Both the position numbers and the translations under genes were made by a program. The notes under the pieces were generated by a model that was given only the letters and a program-made list of their open reading frames with translations, searched no databases and had not been told where the DNA came from. DNA of 64,000 nucleotides from Hemiscyllium ocellatum (taxonomy: Eukaryota), in contig NC_083428.1 of the NCBI RefSeq assembly GCF_020745735.1, forward strand, positions 39,804,001-39,868,000, written 5' to 3'. Each line of letters starts with the position of its first letter. The stretch's first letter is position 1. Positions 26,310 through 39,022 of the stretch are shown here, in pieces.

Positions 26310-26790
26310 GGCATCTCCACATCATTTCTTAAGAAATGGGATCAAAACTACAAGCAATACCCCTGTTGCAAGACTTGCTATTTTTATATTCTGTTCTTTC
26401 AGCAATAAATTCCAACATTCCATTTGCCTTCCTTCCTACCTGTTATACCCGCATACTAGTTCTTTATGATTCATGCATGAGGACACCCAGCTTCCTCTGC
26501 ACTGAAGTGCTCTAAAGTTTTTCTCCATTTAGATAATATGTTCACTTTTTATTCTTCCAACTATAATGGATAACCTCACATGTATCCTTGTTAAACTGCC
26601 AAATTTTGGCCCACTCACTTGGCCAATCAATATCCACTTTTAAATTTCTTATTCCTTTATTGCAACTTACTGTACCACCTATTTTGTTGTCACCTGCAAA
26701 TTTGGCTTCAATATTTTCTATCCCTGCATCCAAGGCTTTCATACAGATTGCAAATAGTAACCAGCTCATCAGTCCACACTCAATTATCAA
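26310..26790 (-). mobile_element. CR1 RT fragment
   Basis: KFAGDNKIGG, WAKIWQFN..TCEVIH (ORF 26542-26826). Confidence 0.7.
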
Positions 26791-28894
26791 CAAAGTGGTG
26801 GAAGATGTAATTGATAGTGCTGTCAAGTAGCTCTAAATCAACAATAACTTGCTTACTGATGTTCAGGTTGGGTTGTGACAGGGTTACTTTGCTGCAGACC
26901 ACATTCCAACCTAGGTCCAAATATGGACAAATCGAGCTGAATTTCAGAAGTGAGGTCAGAAAGAATGCTCTTGAAATCAGGGAAGCATTGTTCTGCTTGG
27001 GGTAGGGAATAGAATAGAATATCCCTTATTGTCATATGTACTCAAATACAGAAGTACAAGAGTACAGTGAAAAGTTTACAATGTCACCTGTCATGATGCC
27101 ATCTTCGGTATAAATCCCAGATACAAAAACAGAGATAAAAAAGCAAAGTTGCATTACCTTACAGTGATTCGAAGTATAAATTAGAAATAAGAAATAGTTA
27201 AAAGGATAAACATTCTAATCAGATAAATAATTTACAGATAAACATTACATTGCAGTAGCTCAGCGCAGGGCTTTCATACATTGTCTGACTGGCTTCGCAA
27301 GCTGCTGATCATCCACAGCAGATCCCAGTCAAACAACCATCCTCACTCCACTCCAAGCCTCCGGCCCACTCCACTCCGAGCTCTCAGGCTCTCCACACCA
27401 TTCCAAGCCCCCGGCCCACTCCACACCACTCCACAAGACTGAGAAATGAAGATTTGATAGAAATGTTCAATACCATGAGGGGTTTGAAGCAGGTAATGAG
27501 ACATTGGTTCCATTGGTGGAAGGATTGAAAACCAGATGGCATGAATTTAAGGTAAATGTTAAAAAAAGTAACAGCAATGTGATTAAAACTTATTAAGATT
27601 GAGAAAGTGCATCCTGAGAGTGTGGTAGAGACTGTTTCAATTGAGACATTCAAGAGGAAATTGTATTCATACCTTAAAAGGAAGTACGTGCAGCTCTATG
27701 GGGTAATGACTCTGGGTGAATTGCTCCTTAGGAGAGCTGGCATAGACATGATGGGCCAAATGGCTTCCTTCTGTACTGTAACAATTCTGTGATTTGATGA
27801 AGTGTGACAACAGGAAGCCCTCACAAAAGTTGTCCACTTGTTAGAGTATTACCTGGCACAAAGGAGAATAGTTACAGTTGTTGGATGTCAATCATCTCAA
27901 CTTAATGACTTCACTGCAGGAGTTTCTCAGGATGTGCACTGGGCCTAACCATCTTTAGCTGCTCCATCAATGACCTTTCCTCTGTGATAAGATGACAGTT
28001 TGGAACATCCAGGACAAAGCTGCCCATTTGACTGACATCACATCCACCACCTTAAATATCCACTTCCTCTATCCCTGACACAGTGGCAGCAATGTGTACC
28101 ATCTGCAGGATGAACATACATAGCAACCCACCACAACTCCTTTGAAAGCACCTTCCATCTGCCCAGATGCATGAGAACACAACTGCCTATGTGTTTTCCT
28201 CCAATTCAAATACCATCTTGACTCAGAACTATATCTCCATTCTTTTAATGTCCCTGGCCCAAAGATTAGGACTCCCTCCCTCCCTAATGCCACTGTGGAT
28301 GTCTCATCATCAGATGGAATGTGGCATTCAAGGTGGACCATCACCTTCTTAAAAGCAATTGGTGATGGGCAATAGTTGCTGACCTCATAAGCAATGCTCA
28401 TGCCTCATCAGTGGATTTTGAAAAATGTAAACATTAACTGCTGCATTGGTGTCTGTGATCACTCAAGTTTCCAATGGGGAATTTGTTAATGTGAACCAGG
28501 GGGTATGCAGTAGGGGTCCGGTGGTACGAAGAGCCTTATCAGTAGGGTATTTTGCTGACTGCAACATGGATAGGAGTGGGATAGATCAGGGGTGGGTATG
28601 CTGATATAGACAACACCTACTGTAAGAAGAAATCTGAGTTGAGCCAGGTGGATTCGGAATAACTCCATTGGCTTTTTCTCAATCCAGGAGATGCTTAATG
28701 TTCCAGTTGCTTCATTAATACAGGTACTTGCTAGAATGTTTTAGGTAACTTTTTACATGCTGCTGTTTCAATATTTATCAGCTTCCTTCTTGTTATTGTG
28801 CAATGAGTTTGTGTTGAATTGCTTCGTTTGGTGTCACCCAGTGGCATCTTACAGGAATTGCACCTAGAACTTGTGCAAAAAAAATGCTCACAAT

Positions 28895-30840
28895 AGTCAG
28901 TCATACAGATGTCCAGCACGGAAACAGACCTTCAGTCCAACTCGTCCAAATATCCTAAATTAATCTAGTGCCATTTGCCGGCATTTGGCCCATATCCCTC
29001 TAAACCCTTCCTACTCAGGTACCCATCCAAGTGCCTTTTAAATGTTGTAATTGTACCAGCCTCCACCACTTCCTCTGGCAGCTCATTCTACATACGCAGT
29101 ACCCTTTGCATGACAAGGTTACCCCTTAGGTCCTGTCAAATCTTTCCTGTCTCACGGTCTGGACTCCCCACCCCAGGGAAAAAGACTTTGTCTATTTATC
29201 CTATCCACGCTCCTCGTGATTTGGACTGGCATGTACAAGATTAAAAATCACACAACACCAGGTTAAATTCCACAGGTTTAATTGGAAGCACCAGCTTTTG
29301 GAGTGCTGCCACTTCATCAGGTGGTTGTGCTGTTGTGTGATTTTTAATTTATGCTCCTGATGATTTTATAAACCTCTGAAAGATCACCCTTCAGCCCCCA
29401 ACGCTCCATGGGAAACATCCCCAGCCTATTCAGCCTCTCCCTTTAACTCACACCCTCCAACCCTGGCAACATCCTTTTCAATCTTTTATGAACCCTTACA
29501 AGTTTCACAACATCCTTCCTATAGGAGGGACATCAGAATTGCACACAATATTTCAAAAGTGGCCTAACCAATGTCCTGTACAGCCACAACTTGATCTCCC
29601 AACTCTTACATTCAATGCTCTGACCAATAAAGGAAAGCATTCCAAATGCCATATTCACTATCCTATCTAACTAACATTCCACTTTCAATGAACTCTGAAC
29701 CTGCATCCAAGGTCTCTCTGTTCAGCAACACTACCCAAGACTTCACCATCAAGTAAGGACAAAGTGAGGACTGCAGATGCTGGAGATCAGAGTCAAGAGT
29801 GTGGAGCTGGAAAAGCACAGCAGGTCAGGCAGCATCTGAGGAACAGGAGAATCGATGTTTTGGGCATAAGCCCTTCAGGAATGAGGCTTGTTGGCCAGGG
29901 GGCTAAGAGATGGGGGCGGGTGGGGCTGGGGGCAAGGGAGCTGAGAATGCGATATGTAGATGAAGGTGGGGGAGAAGGTGATGGATCGAATGGGAGGATG
30001 GAGCTGATAGATGGGAAAGACAATGGACAGGTCAAGAGGGTGGTGCCGAGTTTGTGTCTTGGGACTGGGATAATTTCGGGGGAGGGGAACTGAGGAGACT
30101 GGTGAAATCCACATGACCACGTACAACGTGTGGTTGTACGATACCAAGGTGGAAGATGAAGCATTCTTCCTCCAGGCGTTGGGTGGTATTCAGGTCTCCT
30201 CCCCCCACATTATCCCCGTCCTAAGCCTCAAACTCGGCACTGCCCTCTTGACCTGTCCATTGTCTTTCCCATCTATTCACTCTACCTTCCTCTCTGACCT
30301 ATCACATTCTCCCCCACCTTCATCGCATTCTCAGCTCCCCTCCCCCCAGCCCCATCCCTCCTACCTACCTCTCAGCCCCCTCTTTCCTGATGAAGGGCTT
30401 GTGCCTGAAATGTTGATTCTCCTGCTCCTTGGATGTTGCCTGACTGGCTGTGCTTTTCCAGCACCACACTCTCGACCCTTACCATTAAGTGTATAATTCC
30501 TGCCCTGATTTGCCTTTCCCAAGATTCCGTTGTACTCTGAGATAACCTTCTTTGCTGTCCACTACACCACCAAGTTTGGTGTCATCTGCATATTTACTAA
30601 CTATACCTCCTATGTCCACATCCAAATCATTTATATGTGATGAAAAGCAGTGGACCCAGCATTGATCCTTATGACAGGCCTCCAGTCTGAAAAGCAACCC
30701 TTCACCACCATCTTCTGTTCTCTATCTTCAAGCCAGTTCTGTATTCAAATGGTTAGTTCTTCCTGTGTTCTAAGTGTGATTTAATCTTGCTAACCAGTCT
30801 ACCGTGAAAAACCTTGTCGAATGCCTTACTGAGGTCCATA
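28895..30840 (-). mobile_element. CR1 3' portion interrupted by two Penelope-like insertions
   Basis: CR1 tail at ~28900; KYADDTKLGG at 30485-30697; inserts at 29223-29352 and 29755-30476. Confidence 0.8.
29755..30476. mobile_element. Penelope-like insertion with inverted halves
   Basis: Terminal repeat + 3' region on minus (29760-30170) then on plus (30170-30476); near-TSD CTTCACCATCAAGT / CCTTACCATTAAGT. Confidence 0.8.
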
Positions 30841-31599
30841 TCTCTCATACATCTCTCTGACTCGATGTCAGGTTTTATTTTATATTGACTTGGAAATTGT
30901 TACTTTGTTAAAGGCACTTTAAAAGTAAAAGTTATTGTTGTTAATTATGTGTGTTGTAATTTGTAATGTTCCATTGCTCAGAAATGTAGTAAACCATGAG
31001 AAAGTTAGTACCAGCTTAAGCAGATAAAATGTGCAGATTTGATAAACGAAATTTATCATAAGTGTAAGATTATGCATTTTGAAAGCAAGACAAAAGGAAA
31101 TATGAATTAAAAGCACTATTAAATAGTGGACGGATAGAGGTATAAGAAAACTTGGACGATGATGTGCACAAATCCTTGAAGGTTGCAAAGGTTGCTTAAA
31201 GAACTTCATGCAAATGCAGTGATGCAGTGATATATGTTAACCATATGTAAGTCATTGCTTCAGTCCTTGCTAGATTAATTGCCAACTCTGGGTACCATAC
31301 TTTAGAAAGAATATTAAGGCCTTCAAGACTGTGAAGAAAGATTTCTTAATACCACATCTTCAGTAACATTGAAAACCTGAGATGGTTCACCACCTTGTGT
31401 CGAATGATCAGAAGTTTCAGATTTTCATTAAATGTCCCAACAATTTCCTTTTTTAAAACAAAATGCATGTTCTAGTTTTTGCCATTTTACTTTTTGTCAA
31501 ATACAAAGTGGGACTGTGGAGAAAATCAGTAAACTCATCCTTCTTATTACATTCCATTGAACATGCAGTAGACTTGCATATCTTCTCCCACCCTCCCCC

Positions 31600-31805
31600 A
31601 AATCTGCCAGTGAAGTTTGGTTAGCTGGGTGTCTGGTTTGTGGTACAGAGTGACAACAACAGTGCAGGTTCAATTCCCCTACTGGCTGAGGTTACCATGA
31701 AGATACTTACCTTCGAAACCTCACCTCTCACCTGGTGACCTGCAGGTTAAACCACAACCAGCTGTCCCTCTAATGAGACAGTTGGATTATGGTAACTTTA
31801 CTGTT
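31600..31805 (+). mobile_element. Old tRNA-derived SINE
   Basis: B-box GCAGGTTCAATTCC followed by CTGGCTGAGGTTACCATGAAG...CAGGTTAAACCAC. Confidence 0.5.
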
Positions 31806-31889
31806 AATGGATTAAAAATGGACAGACAGTCGCCTAAGGCTGGAATCAAATACGGGTCCTTGGCATTATGAGGCAACAGTGCTAACCGC

Positions 31890-32750
31890 TTAGCCAAACT
31901 AAACTTGGGAAACTAGTTTCTCAAACTAAACTAGTCTCCCAAACTAAATTAGTCCCATTTGCCTGCATTTGACTCTTATCCCTCTGAACCTTTCTAATTC
32001 ATGTACCTGTCCAAATGTCTTTTAAATGTTCTAACTGTACCTCCAACTACCACTTCCTTTGGCAGGTCATTCCACATACGAATCACCCTCTGCACGGAAA
32101 AAGTTACCCTTCAGGTCTCTTTTAAATCTTCCTCTTCTCACTTTAAAGATATGCCTACTAGTTTTGAACTCTCCCATCCTTGGGAAAAGACCTCAGTGAT
32201 TCACCTTATCTAAACCGCGCATGATTTTATAAACCTCTACAAGGTCACCCCTCAACCTTCGACACTCCAGTGAAAAAGGTCCCAGCTGATCCTGCCTATT
32301 TTTCTAATTCAAGTTCTCCACTCCCAGCAACATTCTAGTAAATCGTTTCTGAATCCTTTCCAATTTAATAACATCCTTCCTATAGCAGGGCGACCGGAAC
32401 AGTACACAGTACTTCAAAAGTGGCCTCACCAACATCCTGCACAACCTCAAAATGATGTCTCAACTCCTACACTCGATGGACTGAGCAATGAAAGCAAGCA
32501 TGCTAAACGCCTTCTTAACCATCCTGTCTACCTGTGACACAACTTTCAAAGAAGTATCTGCCTGAATCCTTAAGTGTGCCTGTTCAGCAACACTACCCAG
32601 AGCCCTACCATTAACTATGTAAGTTCTACCTTTTTTTTGTTTTACCAAGATGTAATAAACTCCATCTGCCACTCCTCAGCCTATTCTCCCATTTGATCAA
32701 GATGGCTTTGTAATCTTAGATAACCTTCTTCACTTTGTCGACTCTACCAA
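31890..32750 (-). mobile_element. CR1 3' fragment
   Basis: ORF 32460-32672 (SLKVVSQVDRMVKKAF) and CR1 3' UTR. Confidence 0.8.
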
Positions 32751-34254
32751 CAAAGAGATGGGCATAAGGACAGGGCTGAGAATGTTTCTGAAGCACTGGC
32801 ATGGACAGTAGTGTCAACAGGACAAAGAAATGGCTTTAGGTGAGGAACATGATAGGTGCTGGAGTCTTAGAGCTTATGCATAATATTAGTAGGGAGGTGA
32901 TCACCTGAAATGGAATCATAGAAATTGAATTCAGGAGAAAAGTATCAAAAAAGGTCCATTGAATAAAGAGCATTGATGGAAACATGAAACAAAATCAATG
33001 AAGTTACCCCACATTGAACTGATCGAAGGGAATGGTGCAAAGACAGTCATCACAGCACTGACTGTTGCAAGGTAGCTTACTAAAATTAGAACAAAGACAA
33101 ATGCAGAAAGGCAGCATCACTAGGACTCCAAGAGGTTCCCACACCAGCACCAATTATGTGGGGATATCCCAATCAACATCTAGCACCCACACCAACATTC
33201 CTTACAACAGCATCCCCACACATAAGCTAGCAGCCGGAACTGCAATGTTATTCATTCCTGGATCAGAGCCAATCTTTAACAGAGGAATTCCATCCAGAAC
33301 GCATCATTGAGTTGAAACAAATCAAGAACAAATGAGGTTCTGGGACCTACAGGAGATGGTTGAGGGAAGCTGACTGAGATAGAGACTGATGAGTCCTTTC
33401 ACAGAAGATCCCAAGCAATGATTATTTTATTCAATTCAGTTTTACTGAACTTTGCACCAGTTAGAGGAAGACCAACATGGATAAAAATGTTAAAGAACTT
33501 CTGGGTGATAAAGACTATACCCAAACCTAGTACTGGGACCATAGGATACATATTTAATGTTATTTGGCAAAATAATGGAGGTGGGATGACAATTACTCTT
33601 TTTGAAATCAGTTGTTGACTGATGGAAAGGGCAGTGGAAACAGATGCAACACTAACTTTTAAAAAGGATCTCCAAAAGTATTGAGTGGAAGCAGAACAAA
33701 GGAAGAGCACAGGAATTAAATAATAATGGGCAGCTCTTTCAGGAGTTGACAGAAAAAATGGGCCTGAGGCCTCTTTTTAATTCAAGAACAGGGTCACAGA
33801 ATTGTTACGGTGCAAAAGGTGGCCATTTGGCCCATTGCGCCTGCTACACCAAACGCATTTAAGGAATGTACGAAAAATCTGGGAGTCTGAAATAAAAACA
33901 AATAACAATGTGGATGTCATCTGTCTGTGCAGAAACTGGTTTTCAAATGTCATCGTATCTGGGAAAATTAGCGATTTAACAGTTTTGAAATCACTAATTC
34001 TATTTCCCATGCCATTTTGAGGAACAGGCAATGAACACCGGCATCAAAGATAAATTAATGGAAGCAAATTACTAAATCTGTACTGAAAACAAAAAAAATA
34101 CTGGATATCAGACAGCATGGATGGAAAGAAAACAGTCGAATGTTTCCAATCTCAATGATTCTTCAACAGAAATGTGTAGGAACTATTTTTCACGTTCCGT
34201 TTGTGCGGGGACAGCTTTGAAACTAGGACTTGGCTGAAGGTCAGGTCAGGGAAG

Positions 34255-34325
34255 GAATTGTTTCCGGTATCAAGGTATAAGAGGCTGCAGAAGTCAACTT
34301 CCGGTCTCTCAGGCGCGCAGTGAAA
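34255..34325 (+). promoter_or_regulatory. rpl37: rpl37 core promoter and 5' UTR (TATA-like box, ETS sites, TCT/5'TOP initiator)
   Basis: TATAAGA 34276-34282, TTCCGG at 34262 and 34299, pyrimidine tract TCTCTC 34305-34310 about 30 nt after the TATA box; CpG-rich. Confidence 0.8.
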
Positions 34326-34328
34326 ATG
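34326..34328 (+). CDS. rpl37: 60S ribosomal protein L37, exon 1 (ATG only)
   Basis: GAAA-ATG|GTGAGT; ATG-only first exon as in vertebrate RPL37. Confidence 0.9.
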
Positions 34329-35523
34329 GTGAGTGAGGGCTGAAGGCGGTGAAGGCCTGGGAGAAATCCACATCCATCCATTCCCAGCCGGGCCATTACC
34401 ATCAGCCCATCATGAGGAATTAGTTCGATATATGTTTAACTATTGTGCCGCACAGATATTATGGGGAATGGCCGAGGAATTTGCAGGCGTTTAGCCGCTG
34501 CAGCGGTGCTCACACTCAAATCGGGGGCTTAAGATTGGGCCTAGTGCTTCTATTTGACAGCAGGCAGAGCTTTGTATAAAGTGACGCTTTTACGTGGTCG
34601 TGTATCTTAACCAAGGCTCCGTTTCCTGGCCACGGTTTGAACTGACATAGCCCCTGCCTGTCCCTCTCGTTTCTGATTCTCCAGTCACTCCATCTCACAA
34701 TGAATCCTTCGCCACAATAGAGCTACAGTGCTAGACCAAGCGAAAACCAAGTGCAGCAAATACTCAGCTTGGCCATACAGCACCACTGGAGAGAAAACCA
34801 GACCTGTGAGCTTTCCTCAGACATGAGGGAGTAACTTATTCTTCTCCACTGTCAATTCTGACCCAAATATGAAGGAAGCTCCTAAGATCTGAAACAGTAA
34901 CTGCTTTTCTTTCCACATCCTACCTGACAAGTTGAGTTTTGCAAGCATGGTATTTTTATTTCAGATTTTCAGCAGTAACCGTATTTAGTTTTTGTAACAC
35001 TCCCGATCCTGATTATTTCTGTACAACAGATTCTGCGCAGTTTGAAGAATGTCAATGTTTCACATTCTTTTATTGTTTGGCTAAGAGCCTTTTCTTTCAA
35101 TCAATATTTTTGGTCATTTTTTGATAGATTTGAGGAAGTCCCTATTAGGGATGTGACTTCTATTACACTATTCAGTATTGTAGATTTACAGCATATTGAA
35201 TGGGAGAAGTTTGATTTTAACCTTTCAGCTCCTAATCTGATTTCTCTATAATTTACTGACTGCACTGAAAAGATGGCACTTGCTTTGTTTTTTTGTTCTT
35301 TTTCACTTCATATTTGTCCCTGAACACTTCTGACCGTGCATAATAAATGATGTACAAATATTTCGTCTGAGAGCAAATAAATTGACTCACCAGTCAGTTC
35401 CCAAGTTTGCTTGTTCTCAAATAGTGCCTGGTTAGTGTAGGAATAGTAAGAGGAGAACGTGAGGACTTTAAAAACATTTGTAAAATGAAAGGTGAGCCTC
35501 CAGTTGTCTCAGCTCAGCTTTTA

Positions 35524-35775
35524 GGAGAAAGTGAGGACTGCAGATGCTGGAGATCAGAGCTGAAAATGTGTTGCTGGAAAAGCGCAGCAGGTCAGGCAGC
35601 ATCCAAAGAGCAGGAGAATCGATGTTTCAGGCATGAGCCCTTCTTCAGGAATCATTCAGCTAGTGTAGGAATAGTGCCCATTCTTGGTGAAGGTCTTATG
35701 GCCGAAACGTTGATTCTCCTGCTCCTCGGATGCAGCCTAAACAGCTGTGCTTTTCCAACGCCACACTTTTCAACT
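35524..35775. mobile_element. Two inverted Penelope-like termini with captured local sequence between them
   Basis: Arms 35524-35650 and 35685-35775; spacer contains TAGTGTAGGAATAGT identical to 35433-35447. Confidence 0.7.
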
Positions 35776-36564
35776 CCTTGCTTTCTCCTCAAATAGTGCA
35801 TCCTATTGCACAACACCATTAAAATTATTTGCTATTACAGTTGAAACCCTGAAATTTAGTCAGTCACATTTACAGTGCCCAAGGTGAAGAATCTGATCAC
35901 CTTTGCCAGGCTCTAAACGATGCAGGAGATTATCTTCTATGTGTAGCACCAAAATAAAGTTATCCCAATATTTACTCTCTTGTCTTCACAGAAGTTTACT
36001 GAATTGCTAAACATCTCCAGCATTTTCTGTTTTCATTTTAATTAGGATAGTTTGTGAGGAAACAAAACAGAAATTGCTAGAGAAACTCACATCTGGCAGC
36101 ATCTGTGGAGAGATGTCAGATGTGCTGAGATTCTCTAGCAATTTCTCTTTCTGTTTCAGATCTCCAGTGTTCACAGTATTGGCTTTATTATAATTTGTGA
36201 GGATGCTCATGTCAACATGGAAATGCATTAATGCAATAATTGGCAGTAGTTGAAGATAGAACCGGCAGTAGTGTATGACGGAAGATGGAGTAGAAGGATA
36301 CATTAATAGGGTTAGATGAAGTAGCCTTGGAGCATTAACTTTTGTGTGGTCCAGTTGGATTCAACGGTCTGTCCATTCTGCCTGAATTGCCTGGAGTCTG
36401 CAGCCTTGCTGCTCTGTTGTAATTTTGTCAGAGCGTGAGGTGTTAATGGCCACTTATTATTATTTGGCTCTCATTATGTTGAACTCTGAGCTAAGGGTAA
36501 ATTGATTGTTTTTAATCCCTCTTTCATATAATGATTTGTTGATTTTATTCTTATTCTTTCTTAG

Positions 36565-36750
<186 letters not shown>

Positions 36751-37069
36751 TGAATGCTGAGGATGAGAATGCTTTATCTCCCTGTCACCGCTGATTCCCA
36801 TATGAGCATCATTTTAGCACATACCATGGCAAAAGTGTTGTCTTTGTACATGACTACTGAGTGTTGGGAGGTTCTTTGGAAATCCCTGCAATTCAAGTCA
36901 TTTCTGGTCTTTTGACATGCATTTTTTGTCAGCAATCTCTAGGGCAGTTGTTTTAACTTATATTTCACTTGTCTGTGGCATCTTCGCCCACTCACCCTTG
37001 GGCTAGGTCTGTGACCTGTATCTGCTCTGCCACAGATATCAGGAATAGATTTAGTATTTTTAAAGTTTT

Positions 37070-38200
37070 TAATTTATGCAAACTGGTTAGATCTCATGGA
37101 ATACAGGGAGAACTAGCCATTTGGATACAGAACTGGCTCAAAGGTGGTGGTGGAGGGTTGATTTTCAATCTGGAGGCCTGTGACCAGTTAAGTGCCACAA
37201 GGATCAGTGCTGGGTCCGTTACTTTTTGTCATTTACATAAATGATTTGGATGCGAGCGTAAAAGGTACAGTTAGTAAGTTTGCAGTAGACACCAACATTG
37301 GAGGTGTAATGGACAGTGAAGAGGGTTACTTCAGATTACAACAGGATCTTGACCAGATGGGCCAATGGACTAAGAAGTGGCAGATGGAGTTTAATTTAGA
37401 TAAATGCGAGGTGCTGCATTTTGTGAAAGCAAATCTTAGTAGGACTTATACACTTAATGGTAAGGTCCTCAGGAATGTTGCTGAACATAGAGACCTTGGA
37501 GTGCAGGTTCATAGCTCCTTGAAAGTGGGATTGCAGATAGATAGAATAGTGAAGAAGAAGTTTGGTATGCTTTCCTTTATTGGTCAGAGTATTGAGTACA
37601 GGAGTTGGGAGGTCAAATTGCGGCTGTACAGGACATTGGTTAGGCCACTGTTGGAATATTGTGTGCAATTCTGGTCTCCTTCCTATTGGAAAGATGTTGT
37701 GAAACTTGAAAGGGTTCAGAAAAGATTTACAAAGATGTTGTCAGGGTTGGAGGATTTGAACTTTAGGGAGAAGCTGAACAGGCTGGGGCTGTTTTCCCTG
37801 GAGCGTCGGAGGCTGAGGAGTGACCTTACAGAGATTTGCAAAATTATGAGGGGTATGGATAAGGTAAATAGGCAAAGTCTTTTCGCTGGGGTGGGGGAGT
37901 CCAGAACTAGAGGGCATAGGTTTAGGGTGAGTGGGGAAAGTATAAAAGAGACCTACAGGGCAACCTTTTCACACAGAGGGTGGTGCGTGTATGGAATAAG
38001 CTGCCAGACAAAGTGGTGGAGGCTGGTACAATTGCAACATTTAAGAGGCATTTGGATGGGTATGTGAATAGGAAGGGTTTGGAGGGATATGGGCCGGGTG
38101 CTGGCACGTGGGACTAGATTGGGTTGGGATATTTGGTCAGCATGGATGGGTTAGGCCGAAGTGTCTGTTTCCATGCTGTACATCTCAATGACTCTGACTC
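37070..38200 (+). mobile_element. Young CR1 3' 1.1 kb in rpl37 intron 2
   Basis: ORF 37192-38067 ([27 protein letters not shown]); CTCTATG-type tail. Confidence 0.92.
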
Positions 38201-38229
38201 TATGGTTATATTGTGCTTTTGAGAATATC

Positions 38230-38486
38230 GAGTAAAAAGTGAGATCTGCAGATGCTGGAGATCAGATCTGAAAATGTGTTGCTGGTTAAAGCACAGCAGG
38301 TCAGGCAGCATCCTAGGAACAGGAAATTCGGCGTTTCGGGCATAAGCCCTTCATCAGGCTTAGGCCCGAAATGTCGAATTTCCTGTTCCTTGGATTCCTG
38401 ATGAAGGGCTTATGCCTGAAACGTCGAATTTCCTGTTCCTTGGGTGCTGCCTGACCTGCTGCGTTTTAACCAGCAACACATTTTCA
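38230..38486 (+). mobile_element. Fold-back Penelope-like terminal repeat (three partial arms)
   Basis: Exact 15-bp flanking repeat GCTTTTGAGAATATC 38215-38229 / 38487-38501. Confidence 0.9.
38392..38431 (+). ncRNA. Type I hammerhead ribozyme motif (sense to rpl37 pre-mRNA)
   Basis: GGAUUC-CUGAUGA-A-GGGC-uuau-GCCU-GAAA-CG-UC-GAAUUU; 6-bp stem I (2 G-U), ACGU palindromic stem III, predicted cleavage after 38425. Confidence 0.65.
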
Positions 38487-38798
38487 GCTTTTGAGAATAT
38501 CAAAAAGTGGGTTTGTGTTAGGTGACATAGTTGAGATTAAGTTGAATGTCACGTGAGAGTGTGCTTTATTTCAGTTATGTGGTGCTTCATGGTTAAGTTG
38601 ACGCTGACTGTGTTGTTTCGTATGTTAATGTTGGGCATTTCGTTAGATGTCAGTGAGTGATCAGTATCTTTTGAACAATGTCTCTCCAGGAATGGAGGGG
38701 AGTGATTGATGGTAAGATAAATGCTTGTCAGCCCTCACAAATGGTCTTGTGGCTGTAAAAGTCAAGCGTCTTGAAATTTTGATTATTTAATTAGCTAC

Positions 38799-39022
38799 TG
38801 GGGAGGTGATGGCCTCGTGGTATTACCACTTGACTATTAATCCAGAAACCCAGAATAATGTTCTGGGGTCCTGGGTTCAAATCCTGCCACTGTACATAGT
38901 GGAATTTCTATTCAATAAAAACAAATCTGGAATTAGGAGTTGACTGATGACCACGAAACCATTGTCAATTGTCAGAAAAACCCAACTGGTTCACTAATGT
39001 CCTTTAGGGAGGGAAATCTGCC
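38799..39022 (+). mobile_element. DeuSINE/SacSINE1-like tRNA SINE, 5' half
   Basis: tRNA head (GGGTTCAAATCC) plus Deu-domain AAAAACCCAACTGGTTCACTAATGTCCTTTAGGGAGGGAAATCTGCC. Confidence 0.75.

Larger units (their letters stand above)
24830..26330 (+). mobile_element. Composite Penelope-like element (inverted terminus, GIY-YIG fragment, CA-rich tract, terminal repeat)
   Basis: Y-GETKQT-like/EHLSG/LIAKLGTH motifs 25050-25300; (CA/CT)-rich 25310-25560; family-2 hammerhead cores at 24871-24907 (minus, core intact) and ~26205 (defective). Confidence 0.7.

Noticed and set aside
31208-31215. Octamer ATGCAAAT (also at 49320-49327)
   Set aside because: Both are within or next to LINE remnants, with no leader exon or V gene nearby
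34987-35025. AGTTTTTGT nonamer-like sequence in rpl37 intron 1
   Set aside because: No CACTGTG heptamer and no FGxG J motif downstream
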